A stretch of DNA of 22,187 bases from Methanocaldococcus indicus (GTDB taxonomy: Archaea > AGJL01 > Methanococci > Methanococcales > Methanocaldococcaceae): NCBI RefSeq assembly GCF_049554935.1, contig NZ_CP186927.1, positions 1-22,187 of the forward strand. The letters run 5' to 3'. The translations under genes were made by a program, and so were the position numbers. Positions within the stretch are counted from its first letter, which is position 1; each line of letters begins with the position of its first letter. Below, in pieces: positions 8,815 to 18,500 of the stretch. Under the pieces are notes generated by a model, which worked only from the letters and a program-made list of their open reading frames with translations, searched no databases and had not been told where the DNA came from.

Positions 8815-8977
8815 AGCTATGGAGAGTGTTGCTATTAATGATATTAATATTTTTTTATTTTCTGTAATTAAACCTAATCTTTAATTTTATTAAGTTAAGT
8901 TAATAAAATACCTATTTTGGTTAATAAAAACTCCCACTGGTTGTAAATTTTTTTAGTTAAATATAGGGTGATAAAAA

Positions 8978-9421
8978 ATGGATGAAGAAAAATTAAATAA
9001 AATCATAAATGAATTTTTAGAAAGATGCAAAGAAAAATTTGGTGATAATTTAATATCAATAATTTTATTTGGTTCTTATGCAAGAGGGACAGCAACTGAA
9101 TATTCCGATGTTGATTTATTAGTTATTGCTAATAACTTGCCAAAAAGAAGAATTGATAGGCATAAAGTATTAAGGGATGAAGTATTACATTTTATTTTTA
9201 AATATGGAGTCAATATCTCTCCTATATTAGTTGAACCAAGAGATTTATCCCCAAAAGATATAAACCCATTAATTTGTGGTATTTTAACTGGTTATAAAAT
9301 AATTTATGACAAAAACAATTTCTGGAAAAATTATATTGAGAAAATAAAGCCAATTATTAAAAGGACAAAGCCTGTGTTTATTGATGGGGATAAGGAATGG
9401 AAAATAGCGAGTTTAATATAA
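8978..9421 (+). CDS. MNT minimal nucleotidyltransferase (antitoxin)
   Basis: LFGSYARG...SDVDL motif; GGGTGAT RBS; overlaps the next gene by 25 nt. Confidence 0.93.
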   Translation: MDEEKLNKIINEFLERCKEKFGDNLISIILFGSYARGTATEYSDVDLLVIANNLPKRRIDRHKVLRDEVLHFIFKYGVNISPILVEPRDLSPKDINPLICGILTGYKIIYDKNNFWKNYIEKIKPIIKRTKPVFIDGDKEWKIASLI

Positions 9422-9849
9422 AATATGCTAAATTGTTTATAAATAGGGCTGAAGAAGATTTAGAAGTTGCAAAAGTATTATTAGAAACTAATCATTATCC
9501 TGATTCCATTTATCATTCTCAACAATGTGCTGAAAAGGCTGTAAAAGCAATTTTGATTTTAAATAATATTATTGTTAGGAAACATATTGTTTCAGGAATT
9601 TTTAGGGATGTTCTATATAGAATGGATATTGAAGAGTCTTGGAAAGATAAATTACTTTATTTAATACCTAAAATTGAGAGTTTAGAAGAACACTGGGTTA
9701 TGCCAAGATATCCAGAACCATATTTTGGTGAATTTTGGAATCCATTAGAAGAATATACCAAAGAAGATGCTGAAGAATGTATTAAAAATGCAGAGTATGT
9801 TTTAAAGGTTGTTAAGGAGTTTTTAAAAGAAAAATATGGTTTAGAGTAA
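9397..9849 (+). CDS. HEPN-domain protein, partner of MNT
   Basis: A.EDL..A, SQQCAEKAVKA and RYP motifs of MNT-associated HEPN proteins. Confidence 0.92.
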   Translation: MENSEFNIKYAKLFINRAEEDLEVAKVLLETNHYPDSIYHSQQCAEKAVKAILILNNIIVRKHIVSGIFRDVLYRMDIEESWKDKLLYLIPKIESLEEHWVMPRYPEPYFGEFWNPLEEYTKEDAEECIKNAEYVLKVVKEFLKEKYGLE

Positions 9850-10189
9850 AAGAATATAAACCTTATAAATTAGCAATGTATGCTCCTGAAATAATTAGTA
9901 AGGTACTGTTGTTTAAATAACCTTAAATATATCAACTGGTATAGATGCAAAAACAGCAGTAGAATCCAAGCTAATATAAGAGGAGAGTAGATGATATACA
10001 TTAAACACTCCCTACTTAATAAAAGAACTCAACAACAAATATTTTTACCACTTTTTAGTTGAAAAGACATTTTAAATTTTATCTTTTTTAATTATTTTCA
10101 ATTTTTACTGGTGGAAATATAAAATCACAGAGAGAATGAACTTAACTACTACTTAAAAAATCCTACTGCCAATTAGAGCCAAACTCTAT

Positions 10190-10750
10190 TTTGTTTTTGG
10201 TCCTACATCTCCTGGAAAATCAACTGTAATGAGGAGTGTCATTAAAGAGTAGAAAATAACTCATAATCAAAAAGGTTGCTCCAACACTCCCAATGAAGAG
10301 CTTCCCTTCAATTCTTTCTAAGCAATAATAATCATACAAAGTTTTGTTATAATGGATATAATGGAGGAGGTTGCCACTGCTATAGGTCCTTTTTTTTGCC
10401 CATATCATTTTATCCAAATATATTTTTGAAAAACCTGAACTTTGAAAGCTAAGTTCAGATAATGGTGCTAAACCAAAACCTTGCTGGGCATATATATTAT
10501 ATAGATAACAAATACTCCAACGGCATTACTCATTTTCACTCCTATTTTTTACAGTTATTAAGATATCCAAATACATTTTAAAAACTTGAACTTTGGAGCA
10601 AAGTATTTGAATTTACTTATGAGTGAAAGTGCAATAACTCCCCATGTAGTTTTTGATTTTCCAAATAATATTTTAGAAAAATCCAAATTTTCATCCTTTA
10701 TGTGGTGTAATCTTAACTCTTGCCCTAAAAAAGAGTAGATAGTAATTATT
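10190..10750 (-). pseudogene. Probable degraded membrane-protein gene
   Basis: Successive hydrophobic fragments in different minus frames (TTWGVIALSLI; GPIAVATSSIISIITKLCMIIIA; LFIGSVGATFLIMSYFLL) broken by stops and frameshifts. Confidence 0.35.
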
Positions 10751-10763
10751 CTAAATTAATGGG

Positions 10764-11139
10764 TTTCCATCCTCCGAGAGGCTCGATTTTAACTAAAAAA
10801 ATAAAAAGAGGGTGATAAAAAATGAAAATAGTTTCCATCCTCCAAGAGGCATGATTTTAACCCAACTTGACATTTCCAAACTCATTCATCAAAAGAGGAG
10901 TGTTTTCATCCTCTAAGAGGCACGATTTTAACCAACTCCCTTGAGTGCTTGTCGGCATCCCCAAACTGATTTCCATCCTCTAAGAGGCACGATTTTAACA
11001 AATAACTATGAAAAAATATAAAGAATATATAGAAAGTTATTTCCATCCTCTAAGAGGCACGATTTTAACAGTGGCTTTGTTTTAAGAGTAAGAGAGAATA
11101 TAATGGAGTTTTCCATCCTCTAAGAGGCACGATTTTAAC
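10764..11139 (-). CRISPR. Orphan CRISPR array, 6 repeats and 5 spacers
   Basis: 30-bp repeats at 10764, 10832, 10903, 10970, 11040 and 11110 (+ strand TTTCCATCCTCTAAGAGGCACGATTTTAAC; transcribed GTTAAAATCGTGCCTCTTAGAGGATGGAAA). Unique spacers of 38, 41, 37, 40 and 40 nt. Left-hand repeats are degenerate. Confidence 0.97.
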
Positions 11140-11490
11140 AGGCCTATTTTAGACATAATAACATTAACGACCTTCTTATATATAAGCGTTTCTACATAAA
11201 AATTTTCGAAGGGGAGGTTTCCCTATTCATTTATATACCTTTGAACTTTTATAAAAATCTTTCTATTCTCAATTATTCAATTAAAAATTTTTTATTTCAA
11301 AAAACTAAACCAACTTATCGGAGATTTTCAAATATTAAAAGAAATAATTTAAAACTCCAAAAAATCTCAATAAATTATACAATTGAAATATATATAATAT
11401 TCAAAATACAGACCCCCTCTGAATTTACCTAAAAATCCTTTAAATTGAAAATAATCAATTAAAAACCAATAAAATTAAAAAATAAAAATT
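11140..11490 (-). promoter_or_regulatory. CRISPR leader with TATA box
   Basis: AT-rich non-coding region next to the intact repeats. The minus strand reads GAAACG-CTTATATATAAG (TATA at 11175-11186), about 35 nt from the first repeat. Distal boundary approximate. Confidence 0.78.
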
Positions 11491-11593
11491 TTTAGCGTGA
11501 TAAGTTTCAAGAAATCAAGAATACTCTGTTTGTGAGAACTGACTATAAAAGTAAAAAATAAGTAAAGTAAGAAGTTCAAAAAATACTAAGCAG

Positions 11594-11621
11594 TTTTAAC
11601 CTTACGGCCATAAGGTTAAAA
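11594..11621. other. dif-like site-specific recombination site (11-6-11)
   Basis: TTTTAACCTTA-CGGCCA-TAAGGTTAAAA: perfect 11-bp arms and an asymmetric 6-bp spacer, 37 nt upstream of the tyrosine recombinase. Confidence 0.8.
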
Positions 11622-11658
11622 ATGAAAAATCAATATATACCAATGATAATGGGATATA

Positions 11659-12195
11659 ATGTGGGATAGAGCTCTGAACTTTGATGCTACTCTAAAGTTC
11701 ATACTTTCAGAAATTGATAAAACCTTAGATAAGAAAATTCTATATAAATATGACAAAATTAGACTATTGTATTTATCTATTGCTCTAATCCAGCTAAAGA
11801 ATGGATGTAGGGTTGGTGAAGCTGTTGATTCAATGCTACAATATCTTGAAAATGGGACATATGATGTCAATGTTAGAATTGGAAAAAGAAAAGATAATGC
11901 TGAAAGAAAAGTTATAATCCCAGTAGAATTGGATGAAATTGTAAATCATATCTCTGATTTGGAATTACCAGATAAAAAAACAATTGTTAAGAGAGTAAAA
12001 AGCTATTTTATAACAAAATATAATATAAACACTCACTCTTTTAGATATGCATACATTACCAAACTATCTACTGAGGGAGTTCCTGCTCAAGTAATTGCTA
12101 AAATAACAGGACATAAGAAATTAGACTGCATACTGCACTACACAAACCAAAAAGCTGCAGACAATATATTAAAGAAATTTTCTGGGAGATATTAA
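11659..12195 (+). CDS. Minimal tyrosine recombinase (catalytic domain only), probable resolvase
   Basis: GCRVGE (R), GKRK (K), HSFR (HxxR), TGH (H), HY (Y); 178 aa. Confidence 0.92.
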   Translation: MWDRALNFDATLKFILSEIDKTLDKKILYKYDKIRLLYLSIALIQLKNGCRVGEAVDSMLQYLENGTYDVNVRIGKRKDNAERKVIIPVELDEIVNHISDLELPDKKTIVKRVKSYFITKYNINTHSFRYAYITKLSTEGVPAQVIAKITGHKKLDCILHYTNQKAADNILKKFSGRY

Positions 12196-12728
12196 TGATT
12201 ATTAAGCTTAATAAGATAGTTAGTTGGGACAAAATTAAGGAGATTTATGAAAAAGCAGATTCAGAACCTGTTATACTTAAAATTTCTCCATGTCTCTTAG
12301 AAAAAATGAAATACAAAATTAAATATTTAGAAAAGCATCCCCTTATTTTTATTGATGCAAAATACAAAAAAAGAGGAAGACCTAAAAAAGTCACTCCTGA
12401 ACTCATTGAAAAGATGAAGTCTATGTGGATGGAAGGTTATTCACTTTCTATAATTGCTGAAAATTTTAATTTATCAAAATCAACTGTCTATTATTATCTA
12501 AATGATTTCATATTTGAAAACAAAAAAGATAAACTACTTGCTATGTTGGAAAAATTTATGATACATGCTGTAGATGAAGGTTGGTTTAATGAAAATGTAA
12601 AAGAATACTTCAAGCTTGCTTGTGATGCTGTCAAAAATGATGACTTAGAAAAAGCTAATTATTATATTGATAAATTAATCTATATAAGATATATGTTTAT
12701 TGATAACATATCATTAAGGAAAAATTAG
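12195..12728 (+). CDS. HTH protein with a resolvase/Hin-type HTH, translationally coupled to the recombinase
   Basis: RGRPKKVT...GYSLSIIAENFNLSKSTVYYYL; TAATG stop/start overlap at 12193-12197. Confidence 0.85.
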   Translation: MIIKLNKIVSWDKIKEIYEKADSEPVILKISPCLLEKMKYKIKYLEKHPLIFIDAKYKKRGRPKKVTPELIEKMKSMWMEGYSLSIIAENFNLSKSTVYYYLNDFIFENKKDKLLAMLEKFMIHAVDEGWFNENVKEYFKLACDAVKNDDLEKANYYIDKLIYIRYMFIDNISLRKN

Positions 12729-12760
12729 TATTTGTTTTTTCATTAGATATTGAGTGTGGG

Positions 12761-13246
12761 TTATTTTAGTTTTACTATTTTTAATCTACCTTTCTTAATA
12801 ATTTGGATTTTTCCCTCTTTTTTGAGTTCTTTTATTAGCTTGTAGAACTTTTTAGCTCCCATATCTACACTATTTAATAATTCAGTTATATTCACTTCAT
12901 TTTTTTCATAAAGAATATTTAAAATTTTTTCTTTATCATCATCAATTTCCATATTATGTTCTTTTTTAATATTCTCAATCTTAGAAGTATTTATAATTCC
13001 ATTAATTAGCAAATTTAATGTTTCTACTTGTTTTTGTATATCTTCTAAATCTTTTCTTGTGAGAACATCATTTTCAAGCTTTTTAATCTTATTATTAACA
13101 TCATTTTCTAACTTCTCTATATGTTCCCTAAGTGAAATTATATTTTCCTCAAATTCACTAAGTTTTTTTATAATAGTTTCCTGATTTTCTTTTATTCTTT
13201 TGTAATCATCTAATTCTAAATATTTTAAAAGAAATTTTTTAAGCAT
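12761..13246 (-). CDS. Coiled-coil plus C-terminal winged-helix DNA-binding protein
   Basis: Heptad-rich N-terminal half; KILNIL...ITEL...FYKLIKELKKEGKI...GR wHTH pattern; AGGAGTG RBS. Confidence 0.8.
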   Translation of the reverse strand: MLKKFLLKYLELDDYKRIKENQETIIKKLSEFEENIISLREHIEKLENDVNNKIKKLENDVLTRKDLEDIQKQVETLNLLINGIINTSKIENIKKEHNMEIDDDKEKILNILYEKNEVNITELLNSVDMGAKKFYKLIKELKKEGKIQIIKKGRLKIVKLK

Positions 13247-13316
13247 ATATTAACACTCCTAAAAGTTTTCTAATATAAAATTTGAGAATGATATAACACT
13301 TTAATTTATGCTATAT

Positions 13317-13360
13317 TATATAAACTAATATAGTTTAAATTAGTGAGAATGTTTGAGAAT
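13317..13360 (-). promoter_or_regulatory. Promoter/operator of the wHTH gene
   Basis: Minus-strand TTTATATA (13317-13324) is overlapped by the palindrome TAAACTA-ATA-TAGTTTA (13321-13337). TGAGAAT occurs at 13283, 13344 and 13354. Confidence 0.5.
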
Positions 13361-13383
13361 CATTGAAATATTATATTTTATAA

Positions 13384-14524
13384 CTGATAGTGTGAATTCT
13401 CATTATCGATTATAAAACCAAAAAAATAAAATAGTATAGTTCTAAATACTTCATTAAAAAACGGTGATTAAACCATGCTACCTGCACTTAAAGAATTACT
13501 CGATAATAGTTTAAATACTTTAGGTATAGCCAATTCGGATGATTTAGTAGATTACTGCTTGATTAGAACTTTAACCGATATAAAGACAATTAAATCAATA
13601 TCCGAAGAGATTTTAGAAATTCATCGAACAACCATAATCAAAAAACTTCAAAAGCCATCAGAAATTGAGAACTGCTTTTATGCTCAGCTATTGAACCTTC
13701 CAGTCATTTTAAATAATCGTAAATTTAAATTTTCAATAATAATTGACTCAACCTTATTGAGAAGATATAGTAAAAACGTATTTAGTAGTTCTATTAGATA
13801 TAACTACGTAGAAAATCATAAAAAATTATACCAAGAACAAATAAACTGCTGTATTTTTAATAAAAAAAAAGGATTATAAATAAAACCAAAAAATATTAAA
13901 TCAACTGATGTATATTTCGAAATTATCGAATCAATATCTAAAATTATTAAGGGGACGGTCATTGGTGATGGTTTTGTAATAATAAAGAAAATTTTAAGGA
14001 GATGTAAAGAATTGGGAATCGATTATATTAGTAGAATTAGAAAAAACATAAAAATTGAGGTTTTCGGTAAAGATGTTAAAATAGAAGATATGTTTAAAAA
14101 GGACTTCAACGAAAATAAAACTAAATCAAGAACTATTAACGAAAAGAAGTTCATAATATCCGAGAAAGTGATTAATATTCCCAATTGTTGGAAAGGTTAA
14201 AATCGTTGCAGTATTAATGGAAGGTAAGAAAAAGATTAAGTATTTAGTCTCGACAAACTATAAAAAGAAAGCTGAGAATATTATAAACGAGTATTTAAAA
14301 AGATGTAAGATAGAAGAGAAGCATAGAAGGGATAAGTCGATTTTGGAGGTTGAAGGAAATTATTTGTCCTCAGAAAAGAGTAATATAGGATTCGTTAGGT
14401 TAATGGGAATGTTATTTAATTGTATCGAATATTTAAGCTACAAAAATGGAATATCATTCTATAAAGTCATTAAAGAGTGTAGTAAAGAACTAATAAAGAA
14501 CGAATATCGTAATCACACTTTCAG
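13384..14524 (+). mobile_element. Inactivated IS4-superfamily (IS701/ISH3-like) insertion sequence
   Basis: Terminal inverted repeats CTGATAGTGTGA (13384) and TCACACTTTCAG (ending 14524), one mismatch. Flanks TATAA and TTTAA may be a decayed 5-bp target duplication. Confidence 0.72.
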
Positions 14525-14564
14525 TTTAAAGTTTTATAAACACCCACTTTTACTCCCTCCATAA
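13475..14564 (+). pseudogene. DDE transposase pseudogene
   Basis: IIIDST, VIGDG and YLKRCKIEEKHRRDK (Y-2-R-3-E-6-K) motifs; in-frame TAA at 13877-13879 and a frameshift near 14185. Confidence 0.85.
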
Positions 14565-14574
14565 CACTTTTATA

Positions 14575-15183
14575 ATGAGGGGTTGGGTAATGGATGTATA
14601 TAGATTAAGAATTTGGGTGTTTAGATTTTTGTTATTAATATTTTCGGTCTTATTTTTTATTGGCAGTTCTATGTATTTTAATGCAATTTATGGAGTAATT
14701 TTTAGTGATTGGTATTGCTATTTTTCTGCCACTAAAGCAGGCATATATTTCTTCTATTCGAGTATTTGTTTTTTATCAAGTTTTAGTTTATTGTTTAAAA
14801 AGTTTAAAAATAGCAAAAAATTTATTTTTGGTGTGGTATCGTCTTTTGTTTTCTTACTACTTATGGGAGTATGTGTTTATAATATGTATCGTGTTGGAAT
14901 ATTCTTTGGAGTGTATTATAATGGTAATTTTGTATTTTATGTTGCAATAGCCTTTCTATTTTTTGTAATATCTGAGTATTTTGTATTGGATGCATTGTAT
15001 AAAAGTAAAAAATCAGGGAAGGTTAGTTTTATGAATATACTTTTATTATTAAGTGGGATTTTTACTTTTCTAGGCATGCTTATAATTTTAGGTGCATTTT
15101 TACTCCTAATTTGGGCATTTTTCCAAATGCTTGTATTAATAAGAATAGCATTCTTCATTATTGATGAAAAGATATTAAATTAA
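14575..15183 (+). CDS. Multi-pass membrane protein (C-terminal half resembles DUF996); start may be 14590
   Basis: About 6 hydrophobic segments; GAGGGG precedes ATG 14590. Family assignment tentative. Confidence 0.7.
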   Translation: MRGWVMDVYRLRIWVFRFLLLIFSVLFFIGSSMYFNAIYGVIFSDWYCYFSATKAGIYFFYSSICFLSSFSLLFKKFKNSKKFIFGVVSSFVFLLLMGVCVYNMYRVGIFFGVYYNGNFVFYVAIAFLFFVISEYFVLDALYKSKKSGKVSFMNILLLLSGIFTFLGMLIILGAFLLLIWAFFQMLVLIRIAFFIIDEKILN

Positions 15184-15335
15184 CGATTAAATTAAAAATT
15201 TTTAAACCTTCTCACATCCAATAGAATTAGGGCATTTTAAATTTTATCTTTTTTAATTATTTTCAATAAAGAAGAGTGTTAATTCTCTCTTAAAAGATGG
15301 TTACTCCCTAAAAGACATTATAAGATAAGGAGTGC

Positions 15336-15373
15336 AAAACCTCTCTGATAAGGAGAATGCCAACACTCCCAAA
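15336..15373. repeat. Dispersed 38-bp repeat, copy 2
   Basis: 33/38 identity to 619-656. A local partial duplicate ACTCCC(T)AAAAGACATT occurs at 15303 and 15365. Confidence 0.75.
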
Positions 15374-15571
15374 AGACATTTTATAAATTGATTAAATTAA
15401 TGAATTATTATAACAAACTTAGGATACTAAATGGTTAAAGTTGTTAAAAAGTAGTGGGTAAAATATCTTAATGTTAGATATCTGATAAAAATTGATATTT
15501 GATGGAGATGAAGGAACTAAATAAAAAATTAGATGATATAGTTGTATAGAAGTTAATAAAAAGTAGTTGCT

Positions 15572-18500
15572 ATGGGGTGTGTAGTAATGGCAAGTAGTGC
15601 AATATATAATTTAGATTATTTAAAAAGTAAAGGTTTTTTCAAAACTTATGGAGAGTTGGAAATTGACGGAAAAAGAATACTTTGGGATAAAGATAACTAT
15701 TTAACCTATGTAGAAGTTGAAAATTTGAGTGAATTGGAAAAAATCCATAATAAACTAAAAAAATATGTTAAGCTTGAATACTTTTATTATTACTATAAAA
15801 ATAAAAATAAAGTTAAAGTATTCAAAAGAGGCTGCAGTGTAGCTTTTACATATTCAGATAGTATAAGAAGAAATGACGTTAGAAATAGTAAAAGAGACAA
15901 GTTAAATCAATTTTCACCAGAAAATATGGATATTCTTTTTGATACTAAGGATGTAATGGATAAGTTTTATAATGAATTATGTCAGTTAAGGTTAGAATTG
16001 GCTAACAGTATTAAAAAACCAATTAAAGATAAGGACAAACTCTTAGTAGTTCAACACTTTATTGATAGGTTAGTATTCTTTTACTTCCTATGCCAATTAG
16101 GAATTGTTAAAGTAAAGTATAGGATAAATGGACAAGTTTATGAAATCACAATGAACAAAGAAACTACAAAGAGTTTTTTTGAATTTTTAATTAAGAATTT
16201 AAAGGATTTTGAATTACAGAAGCTTTTAAATACAATATTTTTTGACGGTTTAGGGAATGAAAGTAAGGTAAATGATTGTGGTTATGTTGATGTGCATGTA
16301 AAAGTTGGAGAATGGGAGTTTAACATCTTAGTTCCTTATTTAAATGGAGGATTATTTAGAGATAAGGAAATTCTAACTGAAAACAATACAAAAATTAGAG
16401 AATCAGAAATTGAATTTAGTGGGGTAATAAAGTTAATAGAGATGCTAAACCAATATAATTGGATTATTGGAGATTGTTCTGATGATGACGGCGACTCTAT
16501 CAACAATTTAACTCCCGAAATTTTAGGTCATGTTTACGAGAAATTTGTTGTTGGTTTGGAAAATATCGGAGAAGATATTAAATTAGATGAATTAGAATTT
16601 AGTAAGATAGAATATGAGAAAAAAAGTATAGGAGCATATTATACTCCAGAGGAAATAACATCCTATATTTCAGTGAATACAATAATCCCATACTTATTTG
16701 ATAAGTTGGGAGTGAAAGAGTATAATGAAATTTTAAATCCAAAAGTGGCTTTTGATGAGTTTGTTGAACATGCCAGTAAAGATGAGTTGAAAAAAGCATT
16801 GGAAATTTTAAATGAGATTAAAGTTTTAGACCCAGCTTGTGGTAGTGGTCATTTTTTAGTTAGTGCAGGAAATTTACTATTTGACTTAAAAGAATCCCTT
16901 TGTAATAAGTTAATTGAAAAATTTGGTTTTGAGAAGAAATTAGATGAGTATGCAGAGGTTAAGAAGATTATTGTTGATAATTTGTATGGTGTAGACATTA
17001 GTGAAACAGCAGTTGAAATTGCTAAGTTAAGGTTGTGGTTATGGTTGGTTAGCCAATTAAAAAATAGTGAGAATATTGAACCATTGCCAAATTTAGAGTA
17101 TAACATTAAGTGTGGAAACTCATTAATTGGATGGGTTGATGAAAAATTACAGCCAACTTTAAAATATGCTTATACTGACAAGATTGAAGGAATTTTTAAG
17201 GATTTAATTGCATTTTGTAATGACGATAAAGAGAGAGAAATGTTAATTAAGGCGAGAGATTTGCTTAAATCAGTAAAAGGGAATATTTTAGATAATTATG
17301 TTGAAGCATTTCATTTAATATATGAGATTTACAAGACAAGTCATGGGCATAAAGCAGCACAATTAAAGGAAATTTTAGAGGATGTTAGGGAAGTTATCTA
17401 TGATTGTGTAAATCCGGCATTTTTAAATTATATTAATAGTAAGCTAAAAAAGAATAAGATTAGTGAAAAAGAATTTTTAAGTTTAAGACCATTCCATTGG
17501 AGAGTTGATTTTGGTTGGATTATTAAAGAAGGCGGATTTGATATTGTTATTGGAAATCCTCCTTATATAAATATTTATAATATACCAAAGTTAGATAAAA
17601 AAATATACTCTAATGTCTATAATTTTGCTTATAAAAAATATGACATTTATATTTTATTTATCGAGAGAGGACTTAATCTCCTTAATTCTCAAGGGTATAT
17701 TTCATATATTATCCCAGATAAATGGACTGCAGAGGATTATGGTTATAAACTTAGAGAATATATTCTTATGACAAGAAATCTAAAAGAAATTGTGGATTTA
17801 AGAAATGTTGAAGTATTCTATGGAGTTGGTGTTAGAAATCTCATATTTGTTTTATGTAAATCAAAAATTTTTGATAGTATATTAATCAAAAATGAAAGAT
17901 TTAACATTAAAAATATGTTACAGTATGAAATAATTAAGCAACACCCAAAATATCATATTAGATTAGATATAACTAAGATAGATATTGATATAATCAAATA
18001 TTTATTGTCAAATTCAATACCGCTAAGACACGTTTGTTATGTTAATTGGGGTTGCAGACCATCTCCATCTAAAAAATATGTGTTTAATTCTTATGAACAA
18101 TGTTTAAAAACTACTAAAAATAAAAATTTATGTAAAAGATTGATTAAGGGAAGAAATGTTAAAAGATACTATTATAATTGGGACGGATTATGGTTAGCCT
18201 ATTTGCCCACAATGTATAATCCAATGTTTCCAGAATTATTTGAAAATGATAGAATAGTAATTAAAGATATTGGAACCAATCCATTATCTGTAACATACAT
18301 ATGTGGTTCTTTAAAATTTTATTCAGAACACACTACAATTAATGTTTTAAAATATGAAGTAATACCAAAAAACAAAATAAAAACAGAAAATAGAAAACTA
18401 TTTCAAGAAATTTCTTTAAAGTATATATTAACTAATATTATTTCGAAACTAAATAATTACTTTTTGAATAAATATTTATCAGATGGATTACACGTATTAC

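Noticed and set aside
11000-11039. Spacer 4 self-match to the HTH gene start (ATGAAAAAATAT at 2247)
   Set aside because: Only 12 nt of low-complexity A/T sequence; expected by chance.
11241-11870. ORFs 11241..11432 (+) and 11616..11870 (-)
   Set aside because: The first lies in the CRISPR leader; the second is antisense to the recombinase.
14705-17106. ORFs 14705..14950, 14937..15158, 16599..16799 and 16849..17106
   Set aside because: Alternative-frame or antisense overlaps of the membrane and methyltransferase genes.
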